A stretch of 64,000 bases of DNA from Styela clava (GCF_964204865.1 NC_135259.1:14508001-14572000); one strand, 5' to 3'. Counted from the first letter of the stretch, positions 13,601 through 26,300 are shown. The notes: generated by a model not told the origin, from the sequence alone. Program-made: numbers and translations.

Positions 13601-15344
13601 AAGCAGGAGTAATGGTTGCCAATGTTGTCGTCGGAGTAGTGGTTGCCAATGTTGTCGTTGGCGTAGTGGTTGCCAATGTTGTCGTCGGAGTAGTGGTTGC
13701 CAATGTTGTCGTTGGAGTAGTGGTTGCCAATGTTGTCGTCGGAGTAGTGGTTGCCAATGTTGTCGTCGCAGTAGTGGTTGCAAATGTTGTCGTCGGAGTA
13801 GTGGTTGCCAATGTTGTCGTCGGAGTAGTGGTTGCCAATGTTGTCGTCGGAGTAGTGGTTGCCAATGTTGTCGTTGGAGTAGTGGTTGCCAATGTTGTCG
13901 TCCGAGTGGTGGTTGCCAATGTTGTCGTCCAAACTAAAATGTTTTTTAAAAATATTCTGAGCAACCAGCTTTACTCTACTCTTTTACTTGTAGAAAACAT
14001 ATTGTTGTAATAAATTCGTCAGAGCATAATTTCAGAGTCAGATTTGGCGATTCGTGTTTTATTATAATAAAAAGTTAATAAACACCGACACTGTAGACTG
14101 ATGTCGGCATGTATTGGTACAGCTTGAGCCTTAAACTGTTTTAAGTGGCGAGAGTAATTAAAACCAGTGTTAGTCAATGTGGTCGATCGTGAGGAGTTTT
14201 TGAAATGGGCCTGGAGTTTTTATTGGGACCCCAATAGGTCTAAAAAATGTACGCCTGGAGTTGATCAAAGCTTTTGAAATTCAATTTTACAAGCTGATAA
14301 ACAGATACAATAGTTGAGAAACACTGCTTTACCGCAAACTATATATTAGTATATCATGCCACAATCATTCTGCAATGGTGGACTAAGTACATCTTAAAAA
14401 ATATGGTATCGCTTGGATAATTAATTTAAGTGGACAAATGCGGATACTTGTATGGCATGTTCTATCGCACACAAATGTCGGCACGTATTAGTCTAAAATT
14501 AGGGGTTTGCAATTTTTTTGGTGGCGTGGAAATCTGATGAAACATTTCGGAGGCTCGAAGAACCTTTGCAAAATTTAATTTTCTTTTTCCCTAATTGTAT
14601 AAATATAGATATACACAAAAGCAAACCTAATATTGTACTGACAAACGAAAACAATTTTAAACGTCTAGCAAGTTTAATAATAGAAGCAAACCTGGTAGAC
14701 ATTTGATTATGTTCAAACAAAATATATACATATATAGACGGATTTGAATGGAAACGGAACTGGTGGAAGACTTTATGGTGTCGCGAAACAACTGTTGAAA
14801 ACCACTGGTCTAAGAGAATGCTTCCTCGGCAATTTTGAAGAAAGTGTAAGATGTTTGAAGATTGAAAGAAAAATGAAAATTAATTATAAATTAACTTACT
14901 CGTTGTTGAGGATGATGGCGTACCACTATTCCCTCCTGTAACTAAATGATTTATATGTTATCAGCTAGCTTACAGATCAATCCAGAAAGACAGTTCAATT
15001 TCAAGTTGATTGAGTTTTTCGTATTTTTATGTTCGGGGACCAAAACTTTATTCTAGTTTCCAGAAAATGATATTCTTGCCATACATTGAAGATGAACAGA
15101 TATTTAATGAATCACTGTCATTATCTACTCTACTGCGTGTGCTTCAGTCAAGGGTCAATTTGAGGTGAGACATTTCTTTCGGACACAAACACTACACAAA
15201 TTAAGTTTTGATAGTCTAATACTCACACGTAGTTGAATTGAAATTAAGTTTTGCATACTTACACGCCGGAAAATTGTATGTCTGTCCCAAATTCCATATC
15301 GAGAGAAACCAAATAGCGAGTACTATCGCTATTTTCATGTCCAT
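1671..15344 (-). CDS. Adhesion GPCR, copy A (SP-mucin-EGF_CA-SEA-HormR-like-GAIN/GPS-7TM-PDZ ligand), ~1085-1097 aa
   Basis: Hand-spliced GT-AG exons in continuous phase: 15344-15227 (alt donor 15263), 14941-14900, 13933-13586, 12693-12661, 12218-12177, 12022-11981, 11336-11145, 10781-10464, 9951-9823, 9442-9312, 8923-8765, 7856-7665, 7386-7150, 6702-6604 (alt 6625), 6269-6117, 5734-5625, 4875-4681, 4204-4041, 3628-3468, 3244-3074, 2521-2404, 1988-1914, 1735-1671. Signal peptide MKIAIVLAIWFLSIWNLGQT; GPS WKFDGC...CYCNHTTNFAVLV; class-B 7TM motifs (GCICSILGL, WGWMLIE, CWL, LLGVTW, FNAFQGLFIF); ends ...VTNL*. Confidence 0.9.
6117..6269 (-). CDS. GPS-motif exon of adhesion GPCR A
   Basis: VRGCTIQLERCGYFSIPDSTWKFDGCVTNVDQSNTSTTCYCNHT|TNFAVLV, bounded by AG and GTAAGT. 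Not in the ORF track. Confidence 0.95.
10464..10781 (-). CDS. SEA-domain exon of adhesion GPCR A
   Basis: PFTEQLGNTSSLEF...VTKFTNG|SVIAWF, a typical SEA signature with a G-S-V-I-A autocleavage-type motif. Phase 1-1 exon of 318 nt. Confidence 0.9.
11145..11336 (-). CDS. Calcium-binding EGF exon of adhesion GPCR A
   Basis: CIDINECALRKQCFMTGQVCFNTLGSYTCICAEG matches the D-I-N-E-C and C-x-N-x-x-G-S-Y-x-C EGF_CA consensus. Confidence 0.93.
11648..11802. repeat. Degenerate intronic minisatellite (CATATACAGCCAA-like motif), shared with ~32935-33100
   Basis: Motif atacagccaa/atacagtcaa recurs at ~20-bp spacing in both duplicates. Confidence 0.5.
12873..13109. mobile_element. Palindromic MITE with GG termini and 8-bp TSD (Merlin-like), not seen in unit B
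   Basis: Arms GGTGCTCCCGAAGTATGCGAACCAAGATGGCGGACATCGG and CCGATGTCCGCCATCTTGGTTCGCATACTTCGGGAGCCCC are reverse complements over ~80 bp. Flanks are GAATGTTT / GAATTTTT. Confidence 0.85.
13605..13928 (-). repeat. Coding VNTR, 27 bp x 12 (TTTLATTTP), mucin stalk of gene A
   Basis: Near-perfect repeats of gttgccaatgttgtcgtcggagtagtg inside exon 13933-13586. Confidence 0.97.
14500..14807. mobile_element. Old hAT-type MITE predating the duplication (paralog ~35497-35847)
   Basis: Ends TAGGGGTTTGCAA...TTGAAAACCACTG, flanked by GTCTAAAA / GTCTAAGA. Present at the same site in both units. Confidence 0.6.
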
Positions 15345-15665
15345 AGAAATGGTTGTATACTTTTAGGTACAAGTTATTTTCTATTGAAACAGAAAAATGT
15401 AAAATGACATAGTTTAGTTGTTGAATGATACCTGATCTATTGAGATACTTAACCCAAAATTGCTATCGCTGCCAATAGAAAATAATTCTTCAGATCAATT
15501 TTGCAGCAAATGTATACAATTTTCTATAATCGTGTCTATATCTAACATAGAAACATAGTATAAAAGTATTCTCCAGATTCTACAGGAAAAGAAAGGAAAT
15601 GGGGCTTTCTATCGTTTTTTATTTACTGTCCGCACAAGTAGTTTTATGCCCTTACAAGTTAAAAT

Positions 15666-15674
15666 CTATTTATA
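15666..15674 (-). promoter_or_regulatory. Candidate TATA box (TATAAATAG) of gene A
   Basis: Identical in copy B (36701-36709), ~330 bp upstream of the ATG. A short 5'UTR intron (15431-15381) is also plausible in both copies. Confidence 0.5.
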
Positions 15675-18445
15675 CAAAAAACGAATTGGCAAGTCCGTTT
15701 GCTGACTAAAATTTAAAGCATTTCAAACTTTTATCGCCGCCAACTGAAAACGATCCTGAAACGAACGGCAATTTTGCTACAAATGTGAACAATGTAATTG
15801 TGCTTTTCTGCTATCTCTGGAGTACGAACAATTACGAGAAAAACGATGGAGAATGCGTGAGACCACCGCAGCCTTCTTTTCAGATGTTGTTCTAATTTGT
15901 TTGTTAAATTCAAAGTGATGGCCAGTTGCTTAGCGCGATTGCCTAATCGCCGGATATCAATGTTTTCATCCCAACATTGGGTCAGATAGTACGACGTGGA
16001 CATGATAATTAATATTGATGGCACGATGGAAAAATTCTAGTGCATGCATCCCGAATAGCTGCCACGAATATAAACGCTATCTATTAGTAGAGTCTCAACT
16101 GGAAAAATCAATGTGAGAGTAGGCCTATACTAGATCCGTAACAAATCATGTTATGAACATATGACCGGCAAATTCATATTTCTCATACACGATGGGCGTT
16201 TCTCATTGACTTTCACTCCAGAAAAACTTTTCTTATACTTTATGCTTATTTTGACAACGTTTTTGCGAGTTAGCGATTTTGATTCAAAATATTTAACCGA
16301 CTTCCGTCACCTAGTCTGCTACAGCTTTGTCGGGCCTATTATTATTATTAACTAAAATTCCACAAAATGGCAGTTGGGTTATCAAATGTATACCTAAATT
16401 TTGAAACATAACTTAGAGCCAAAAAGTGTCTAACAGGCTGCACAAATTTCAGTGGTTACATGTTCATGTCGATGCCCGGGTGAACATTCATTTTGTGATG
16501 TACAATAGAATATAGGGCGCGGTACGATTAGATGAAGCTAACGTCCCGTACGGTCCAAAATATAACCCGAAAGGGTTCACGACTTCTACTATTTCTAGAC
16601 GCCAAGTTATAATATCTTATGAAGATTTGTATGCAACCACTTTTATAAAAAATAACTATTGCCGTCATAATATTTCAAAGTCAAGCATAAACAAAAAGCA
16701 CTTTCTCTGATGTAAGATATAGATGCCTTCCGCTATCTGCTAGTTCCATTCAACTATACTCAATCCACAACACAACTCATAATTGAGTCGCGATATTAGT
16801 CAAGCCGAGTCATACGTACCAGAAGGAATGCATCCGCTTGTTCTTGGAATTTTATATTTTCCTTTTTTTCACTTTCATTCTTGACGAGGTATTGCAAGAG
16901 TAATGTAACAAAGCGTTAGGAATTACAAATAATAAATAATAAAATAAATTGGCTTCTCATATAACTTCTGGTTATGAAACCATAGGGCATTGTTTTTCGT
17001 TCGTCATTATCACAAAACATTTTGATGCGATTTTTAGCCATATGCGCATCAAAGATCTGTCTGAAATCATCATTGATGTACTTTCCATTTAATACGCAGG
17101 AAGCATTCTTTTTAATTCTGATGTTATGAGTGATAAACTCGTTAAATATTAAACGTGGTTCCAGATTCCAGTCCCGAAATATTTAAATCCAACGGATTCG
17201 ATAACAGAACTCGGCTTTGACCATCGAAATTTCATATTTCTATTAAACACTTATTTGCTTGAAGGCCGATAATATCTCTCGATTCAAATGCGCTCCTTTA
17301 TTGGACAAGAAATGTAGATTTTGTAAAAAAAAATATTACCTCATTTTATTTATGGGCACTAGGCTGTGTTCTAGAAAATTCTTTCGCAATTTCTATTTTC
17401 CTTAGTCACGCCAGTCTTGCGATACCATTTAATTTTATAAGCGCAGTAGATTCATATTCGGTTAAATGAAATGATTTCTCATGCAAAATTTAATACTAAT
17501 AATTAATCGCATGTATTATGCTTATGTTTTATAATACAGAAGTCGGAAATATATTCAATTGAGCCAACTTGGCTGTCTTTTCAGACCAATAATCTGGCAT
17601 CTTGGAGTTCTCTCGCAGGTCGCTCTCTCGTTTTTTGATTTTAGTGATAGCCCCTCTCTAATAAAGCTCTGGAATTTTGTTATTTGTAAGTTCTATATTT
17701 CATGTTCGTTTTTATTCATTTAGTTAATATTTGGAGTGATAATCATATAAATAGATCAAATTGTGAATAACTGCCGGAATGAACTGTCCCACTGATGATC
17801 ATTAATAACTACAATAATGTAAAAACAACAAAGGTTAGGTGATCTATTTGAGATTAGCCTTATCAAGTGTTTCTGGTGTTTCTCGCACATTGAATCACAC
17901 AAATTCCTTCTATATTCCGAGTTGGGTGATCGAATAAATGATTTTTTCATAAATTTGAAAAACTCCACCCGTTCAACAAAATATGCCAATTTTGATCAAT
18001 TCAACAGTTTTATCGTAGTAATATATCGTCGAGTTAATAACCGAATTGAGAAAGTCATTTTTAGCGGTTTTGAGTTTTAAATCAAATAGTTATTTGTGTA
18101 ATACTTCGCACTTGTATGTTAACTATGATTTTATCCCAAGAATTCCGAAACCCATAAAAATGGAGATTTTGTAAGACGTGCATATTTTCGCAATTGTTTC
18201 GTCATAGTGAATTGTCATTGTTTACCGCAGGACTATCGTGAGGTCACAAAGGCAAAACCCATCGCCAAATTATTTTTAGCATTAGAGTTTTTGCATCCCA
18301 GATTCTAGCTTAGCGCGTATGAATTTGAATTTACACTACAGCATAGGAAAATGGGCACTTGTGATATTCACTATCTGAGTCCAATTCAAATTGGTTAGCT
18401 TTCAATTAATGGTGCGTTGCTATTTTATTCTTTATATTTAATATA

Positions 18446-19038
18446 CAGGGTGTCTCAAAAGTAAGTATAGTATACACTTTTAATTTTGATTTGCCTTCAA
18501 GGTACTCATCATATAACGTTTATTTCTTCAGTAAACATAGTATGAATAAGTTTTAAAATTTAGGTATTGTTTGCATTTTTCAACAATCCACAAAATGACA
18601 AGAAGATTAACTCAAGAAATAAGGTGCAAAATTGCTGTTTGGCAAGAAGCATGTAAATCATTATCGCAAACTCAGCGCCTCTTTAACAGGGAATTTGGAA
18701 TCAATTCGATTTTGAATGTTTTCCCCAGAGCGTCCACTCCTTGGTATTCCTGATTTTTGTGCATCAACTACAGATCCAGTTTCCATAAATTTACGATGAA
18801 TTACATAAATTGTTTGTCATGTAGGAGCCGAATTAATTCCAAATTGCCAAACAGCAATTCCGCATCTCATTTCTCGAGTTAATCTCCTTGCAATTTTGTG
18901 GGTAGTTAAAAAATGCAAACAATACCTAAATTTTACCACTCATCCATACTATGTTTCCTGAAGAAATGAACACTCAATGATGAGTACTTGAAGAGCAAAT
19001 CAAAATTAAAAGTGTATTCTTACATTTGAGACACCCTG
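18446..19038. mobile_element. Non-autonomous Tc1/mariner-type foldback element with DUF4817-like transposase N-terminal remnants on both arms
   Basis: TA|CAGGGTGTCTCAAA...TTTGAGACACCCTG|TA, with ~200-bp imperfect inverted arms. Left arm encodes MTRRLTQEIRCKIAVWQEACKSLSQTQRLFNREFGINS. Right arm (minus) encodes RRLTREMRCGIAVWQ-FGINSAPT*QTIYVIHRKFMETGSVVDAQKSGIPRS. Confidence 0.88.
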
Positions 19039-20390
19039 TATATATGAAAAGTCTCATTTTCGGTGGGTGTGCAGAGCTTGTTAAATTGATGAAATATATG
19101 TTTTAAACAAAAAAAAATAATGTTATCGATACAGATGAGCTATTTTGGGGAATAGACATCGTAGATACTAAGGAATTACATACGTATTTCGAATGTTTCG
19201 TTTTCAGGACTGGTGCATATAGTCAATTGCAAAATTGCGTATGTCCCCAAGTCATAGGCACATTTCTGCGTAAGTAGTCACAATGCGTCATTATGACGTC
19301 ACATGCATGCGTCATACAAATTAATTTAAATCCGGCTACCACTAAAAAATTGAACCACGGGAGATTGACTCTAAATAGCATAACTATATCATTAGAAAGT
19401 TTCTTACGTTTTTCTCAAAACTGCTTAAAATGCCTTACGCAATTTGGTTATTATCGTGACGATATATTATCAATTTTAGATCTGAGATCGCTATCCAAAG
19501 TAGCACCCAATTCTTTACACGAGTGCAAACATATTGTTTAAAGAAATACGATTTGAATAAATTTCAGTTACAGTTAAACTCTTTGAAGTCAACTGTTCCA
19601 GAAAATATGGTGTCTCGAAAATGTTGTGTCCTACGTGCCCCCCGGCCGCCACAAAATCTATTCGTTATTCATTGCCTGTTTATTTTAAACACGAAATGCA
19701 TTTTATAGGTGTAAGAGACGCATGTAAAACATGGTAATGGTTTTTCTGTGAATACACTTCCTCTAGCAACTTTAAAATATGTATAGGCTACATTATAAAG
19801 TCTTAATACAAAGGGCCTTGTTTGAATTAGACGTATATTATTTCCAGATAGGTTTCTTTACATAAGTAAACGTTAGTTAAGTATACAAAACGTTTTAACA
19901 ATTTTTATAAATAGAAAATGAGTAAGTTATTGAAACATATTTTATTGAGAGGAAAATTCGGTATATCTATATACATCCATACCCAGTTGAGGGATACAAG
20001 GGTTTGCGCGCGTTATCCTGTTTTTGGAATGCGGTGATAATCGGCGTAGCCTTTTTTGTTTTAGGCGTTGGACGACCCCAGCAAATGGGTCAAGTGCATC
20101 CGCAGTTGACAACTATATTCAAAGGTTATCTATTGAATTTATTTAAAGCATGTCATGTTAATGCGGCTTTCGTAGTGAGATACATTCTCTGAAATGAGAC
20201 TTTTGTTAGTGGGTTCGATACAAAAGAGAACACGTTATTAGAATTTTGAACCCAACCACTGGATAAATATCATGCTTTTTAAACAGAATCAAAACAATAT
20301 CATATCGCTTCAGTATTAGAAGAAAAATTAAAAGGAAGCTCGTCCATGGCTCTGAGAAATGTCTGCGTTTTCACGTGAAGGGCAGAGACA

Positions 20391-23300
20391 TCATAGGTTT
20401 GTGACTCTCATGTCTATCGTTCCAACTTTTGAATCTCTCGGAAGAGTGGAAGTCACTGGAAAAAGAAAAAATATGTTCGTTACTTAGCAGTACACTTAGA
20501 CCAGCCTTATTAAAATTCAGCGACACGCATAAAATAGGGACAAATGGGAACAGGCAAAACAAACGTCATAAGGAAGTATGGAAATGTACATAACTATATA
20601 TAGCTAAAACTAAACAGAACGAACTTGTTGCGCTTTGAAATGTTATGTTACTCCTTCCCAATGTTGATGAGTTGCCAGTGTGTCCTGTTTGAGATTGATC
20701 TAGGCCTGAAATTAAAATATTATTCAATTTTACTAGTATTCAACTTCCACTAATTTCGTTGATAACAGGAAAAAGATTTCAAGAATGCCGTTCTATCCGC
20801 GAATGTTCACATTTTCCAAGAATAAATTTTGTAGCAAAAACTTTCATTAGAGCGAGCAACATTTTATTCACCGCAAATACTATGTAGTATAGGAATCATT
20901 ACACATTATTGAAAACGCAGTAATTATCTTGGTACGTAATTATCTCAGTTTATTCCTGCTACAGCATTCTTCTATTGTAAGCATCCGGATCCACTAGCTA
21001 GCACAAAAGCATAGAACAAGGCTTCCCAACGTGGTCCAAGTGGACACCCAGGGGTACAAAGCGAGTTAAAGCGCTAATTATATCAAATGAGTACATTTCA
21101 TTAAAGTTTTTGCACATTCTTATAAACGAAAAAACACCTGATGGAATATAGTGCTTTTGAAGTCCTGGCATAAGAGAAATAATGAAGAGTTAGTCTCGCG
21201 TAACCCCAAATCACAATTATCTTAGTGTTACATGAATTAGTGATTTCATTATGTATATATATATCACTTCATCTCACCCTCTTTCTTTAGCAAGCCTCGA
21301 TTCTTCAAGAATGGTATTCTATTCCGAATGGCTCCGACCCATTTCTCGCGAACGTCCTTTCGCCTCACGCAAAAAAGAAGAAATATAAAGAGGCCCTGTG
21401 GTTAAAATGGATTTTTTAAGCACTTCGAATACAATAAAACTGTATATTGTAACGAAAATATGCGGCATCTCACTGTGAAGTTATTTTGTGATTTGACCTT
21501 TGAACTGCGAAAAGAAATAAAGTGACGGTATAGAACCGAATTGCTTGAGTAAATATAATAAAATGAGAGAGCAATGCATGAACAAGAAGACCGCGCATCG
21601 GTACCGATATTGTCTTAGTTGAACAACGAAATTAGCCGAAGAGATCGTCGGGCAAGCAAGCAGAATAAAATGTACTAAAAGTTCTAAAATAATTCATATT
21701 AAATAAAATTAAAAAAAATCATGGGTGAAATAATCGGTGCTACAGCACTCAGAGAAAAATCAAAATAATATTAAAAGTAATGAATGGCCTTCTAGCTGCT
21801 TCATTCATCCTTTTAGCTGAAAATTTGTGATCGATCGGTACATTACTTGAGGCTGCAAGCCATTTACTCACAACAACAATAATTTACAAAAACTGTATAC
21901 TGCGTAAATCAAAGAATAAATATCATTATATAGTTTATATTTAAACCTGAAATGCATTGAATATTGAAAATAGCGATCCAAACACCAGATTCACAGTCTT
22001 ATCATCCGTTATTGTTAATGGTATTGCGAAAGCCCATGTCACTCCAAGCAGAACCGTTACCATGGCTATACGGAAAATGTGGTCTTTCAGCTGAGTTTTT
22101 GTGACTTTTTGTCCAAGCTGGAAAAAGAGGAAAGGGTAAAAACCAAAACAGATGCACGAGTAGAATTTTGAAATAGAATTTTGTATTGCAGATTGCAAGT
22201 CATGACTCTCGCAGCTATTTGACATTATAGCCCTATCTACTGACTTTCTTTTCGGAGACAATAAGGAGAAAATACAACACATGGATGCTCTCAACCAGGT
22301 TATAAAAACAATGCTATACTTACATCAGGTGGGGAACGAGTAATCACTCTCAAAACAGCAAAAAATCCAAACACATTGATACAGAAAATAATTCCAATTG
22401 GAAGTAGAAATCCAAAGTATAGTGAATACGAATGAAGCCAGCAGAGTCGATCGCTTACGTAATGTGAGACAAAGCAGAGAGAATCTGTAAAAAAGTTTGG
22501 ACATTTCATTTTGAAAGGGGTTGGAAATTCAAGATGGCGAGATTTTTATGAAAGTCAAATAATCCGCGCTTGAAACCAAGGAAAATCGAAACCTGGAAGT
22601 TGCAAATTACGAAGTATTATCCTGGAGTGAAAATAAAATTGACATTTGTGAAAAGCGTGTTACTATTTTGAGTCAGGGGTCACCGAACTTTTTTGACCGC
22701 GGGCCAGGTATGACTCAAACTGTGTTGAAACCGGCCGAACAAATATTTTTGTCAATGCAATAAATTCCCAAAAGTTGGGAAGCCATTTAGTTTATTCAAC
22801 AATATAAATTCTACATTTCTGAAGTCTTAAATATTAAATTCTATATTGCAGTATAGATCAAGAACATCATAGAAAAACAAATATACAAAATACCTAGACA
22901 ACTATCCTGAGGTTAGCTCTTACCAAAACAATTGCTGTCATGATTATCCGCATGTAAACTGTCATGATTATCCGTATGTAAAGTTGGAAAATTCATTCAA
23001 TTTATTCAACAATATAAATTCTACATTTCTGAAGTCTTAAATATTAAATTCTATATCGCAGTTACCAAAGTTAATGTGACTTGTACTATTAGCGCAAAAT
23101 GCACGTTTGAAGTTCATTTTAGCACGAAAACGTACACAGCAACAGTTTCGCCGAAAGCACGCACCACGCGTGTACGAGTGCATTCTTCGCAGAAAACGTT
23201 GCATACCGGTAGTTAATTTTAGCCTATTTTGTCACAGCTATTTCTAGACAATTTTTGATTACTGCAATTAAACTACAACATTTACGAAGGCAAAATGATG

Positions 23301-26300
23301 ATTGACATATTTGATTCATACTTAGATTTCGTAATCACGACCAAAAACTAACGAATAACATTCAAAATCGCGAAAACGAGGAGTTGTTTGAAACCACGAC
23401 TGAAAATCTGTCCAATGACAAAAGTGTCTGAGCGGATGCGAAAGGATCTAATGTTCGTCACTATTTGCATCTTGCTGATTGGCCAATGTTACGGAATGAA
23501 CAAGGAAGACCAAATATTCCTCAAATTTGGGACTGGAAGAGCTTATTTCAATATGAAAAATTTCTTTTGATTATTAATAGTAGATGTTAATTATCATACC
23601 AGTTGTAGGTGCTATGCTCCAGTTAGTGTGTTGCATGGAGTCTCCAGTTGTATACGCAACAATAAGTGTGACGCCGGTAATGAACAACGACATCGAATAT
23701 ACAAAAACCGAGCATTTCAAGAGGTATTTACTTTCGATTTCGGTGAATACAACTATCAGTTTTCTAGAATAAAACAATTGGAATAAAATATTTCACTATT
23801 TCTCAAGTGTTTTGTGATCATCGCTTAATACTTAACACGAAGTGGCTTTGAGAAGTATACTCGTACATTGATCGCAGATTGAAAGCACGTCAGGATATAA
23901 TCGTTGATAATCTGAACTTAAGATTGGTAACATGAATGGTAAAAGAAACCATTTTAGGTTATCCAAATCAGTATTGTTGTGAATACAGGGTGATCAAAAA
24001 AAAACATAGCCCAGGTAATTTGAAACATGTTTTAGAGAACACATAACTTCTGTGCAAAGCGTCCTAGATCACTGAAACTTTGAGTACAACCACACTTCAC
24101 CATACAGACGTTTGAGTCCTAATTATCACATTTTTTTTTATTTTAGTAGACGTAGGCTACTTAAAATTTTTTATAAGTTCTGTTATTAAGGGGTCCGTCC
24201 CCCTGTTGTTTGAAACCCAAATTTCACGATACTTACAGTTGAACTAACATTTATACCAAAAAGATACCAACTCATAACAATGTGTAAATTCTCACTTGTA
24301 CATGGTGAAAAACTCGATCAACATCCATCCCCATGCGCTCAGGAATGAGAACTGTAGAATAAATCCAACAGCAATGCATGCTGAATAAGCTCTGGGTCGT
24401 TCCACTCCAGCAAGAAACGTAATGTATCCAATAAGCAAACAAATACTTAGATGCATGTGAATTTGATTTAATTTGTTTGTCCGGAGAGCTCTGTTGAATG
24501 TGTATACTGTAGAATTATTCGGTGCATCGGTCTTTCATAGTAGTTATTTCGTTAGGCGGGGACTGCTTATTTGCTTTTTTTATGTTGTTTATTTATCTGT
24601 ATGTCCTTTCGTTGTGTAAATGAATATGCGCAGTAATTGTTTCGACTGATATATTCACCAATGGGAAAGATTTGAGTACTTTTGACTCCGAGCACCTCTG
24701 CCCACGTGACCCAGTTTTAGCTTACCGCCTTCTATTTTTGACAGGCTGCCGTCGAGGTTGGACGCGTTTTTGTTATTCTGTTCTGTTCTAATCAGTGCAT
24801 TTCTGCTGGTAAATGAAGTTCTTTATGTGCGTTATCAGATATTGAAACTTATTGTGCTTTGCAGGACACGGAATCTTCTGAGAGTTTTGCGAACTCGGCG
24901 TGAACACGTATTCTTGAAACTGCACAGCTGCACTATGCTAGTGTGACAGGTAGGAAATCTCATGACCGAAGATTATCACCATACACAATATCTAATTAAC
25001 TGAATATAGGCAATGTAAAATCGCAACGATACCAGTCCTTCCCAAGCACAGTGGCTCAATGAGTATGATACTCTGAAACAAATCTAGCCGTATTTTATAA
25101 AATTTTGAATCAAACTAGATTTAAGATTAGACAATGTGATACTTAGTTTAAAACAATCAGAACTTTTATGAAATTTCATGATCTAAGATGAATAGTTATC
25201 CGAAAGAGTTACTTACTTGAAAGAAAAGTAAATAATCATAAGAAGCAGAAGTCCAAGTATTGAACAAATACATCCAATAGTTCCAACAACATCTAATACT
25301 AAATTCTCTTGCACGTGCTGAGTTTGCTATAAAAAGACAATCATTTATCAATTCCATCCAAACACCAAATCTTTTTGCATGATAATTTTTATAAAGCTTA
25401 ACAATTTATTTGGACCATGCGTGACAGATATTGCCAACATATTGCTCCTCTTTTTGAAGAGGGCAAATTTAGATAGATGAGTGTTTAAAACACTTCTATT
25501 GCAACAATATATGCTTCGTACCAGATCAGGGGCGGGCCCGGTTTTTGAACAAGGGGGCAAAATTTTTTACCCCTTCGACCTGCGGGTCATGAAAGTGTGA
25601 CGTAAAAAGTTACGTTTTATGAACAATATTTACAGTATTACAAAGTGTGACGTAAAAAGTTACATTTTATGAACAATATTGACAGTATTACAAAGCAAAG
25701 ATGAAAAACGATACACCTCTCGCCATAACTAAATTTATCCGCAATCTCAAAAAATTCTTTGAGCTATTTTTAGCTAAAATATCGAAATTTGATTTAGGTT
25801 TGGTTGTGGCATCATCAGGCGGACCAGATTGAATTACCCAACAGGCCGGATTTGGCCCGCGGGTCATACTTTGCCCATGTCTGTACTAGATCTTTGTCAA
25901 ACTGAAATTGCAATGAGCATATTCTCACAGAGATGGATAATTTAGAAAAAGTCTAGAATGTTGTGGAATTTCCTATTGGAGATGGTCTATTTGTAGCCGT
26001 TGGCTATATATATATTGAATCGGGCGAATAGAGATTTCACTGGTTCTATCAGTAGTAATTTCATCAAAACTAAACAATAATTACGTGTGAGTAAAAGACT
26101 GACAAAGACTCGGAAATCAATGCTTGCAGTCCTTTCTGAGATCTAGTTAAGATACTTACAACCAAAACAGCAAAGTTAGTTGTGTGATTGCAATAACATG
26201 TCGTCGAAGTATTTGATTGATCAACATTAGTGACACAACCGTCAAATTTCCAAGTTGAATCTGGAATACTGAAATATCCACATCTTTCCAGATTAATCGT

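Larger units (their letters stand above)
210..17150. repeat. Segmental tandem duplication, unit A (paralogous to ~17810-39030)
   Basis: Colinear homology from 'acaataatgtcaaaacaacaaaggtt' (~213 vs ~17811) through every exon and most introns to 'ttatgagtgataaactcg' (~17125 vs ~39009). The unit may extend left of the window. Confidence 0.95.

Noticed and set aside
13605-13928. CRISPR-like appearance of the repeat array
   Set aside because: Contiguous units without unique spacers, inside a eukaryotic coding exon, and no cas genes.
13564-14010. Cys-rich, Val-rich, DDNIGNHY and QHWQP ORFs over the 27-bp repeat
   Set aside because: They are alternative frames of a stop-poor repeat; only the Thr-rich minus frame has splice sites in phase with neighbouring exons.
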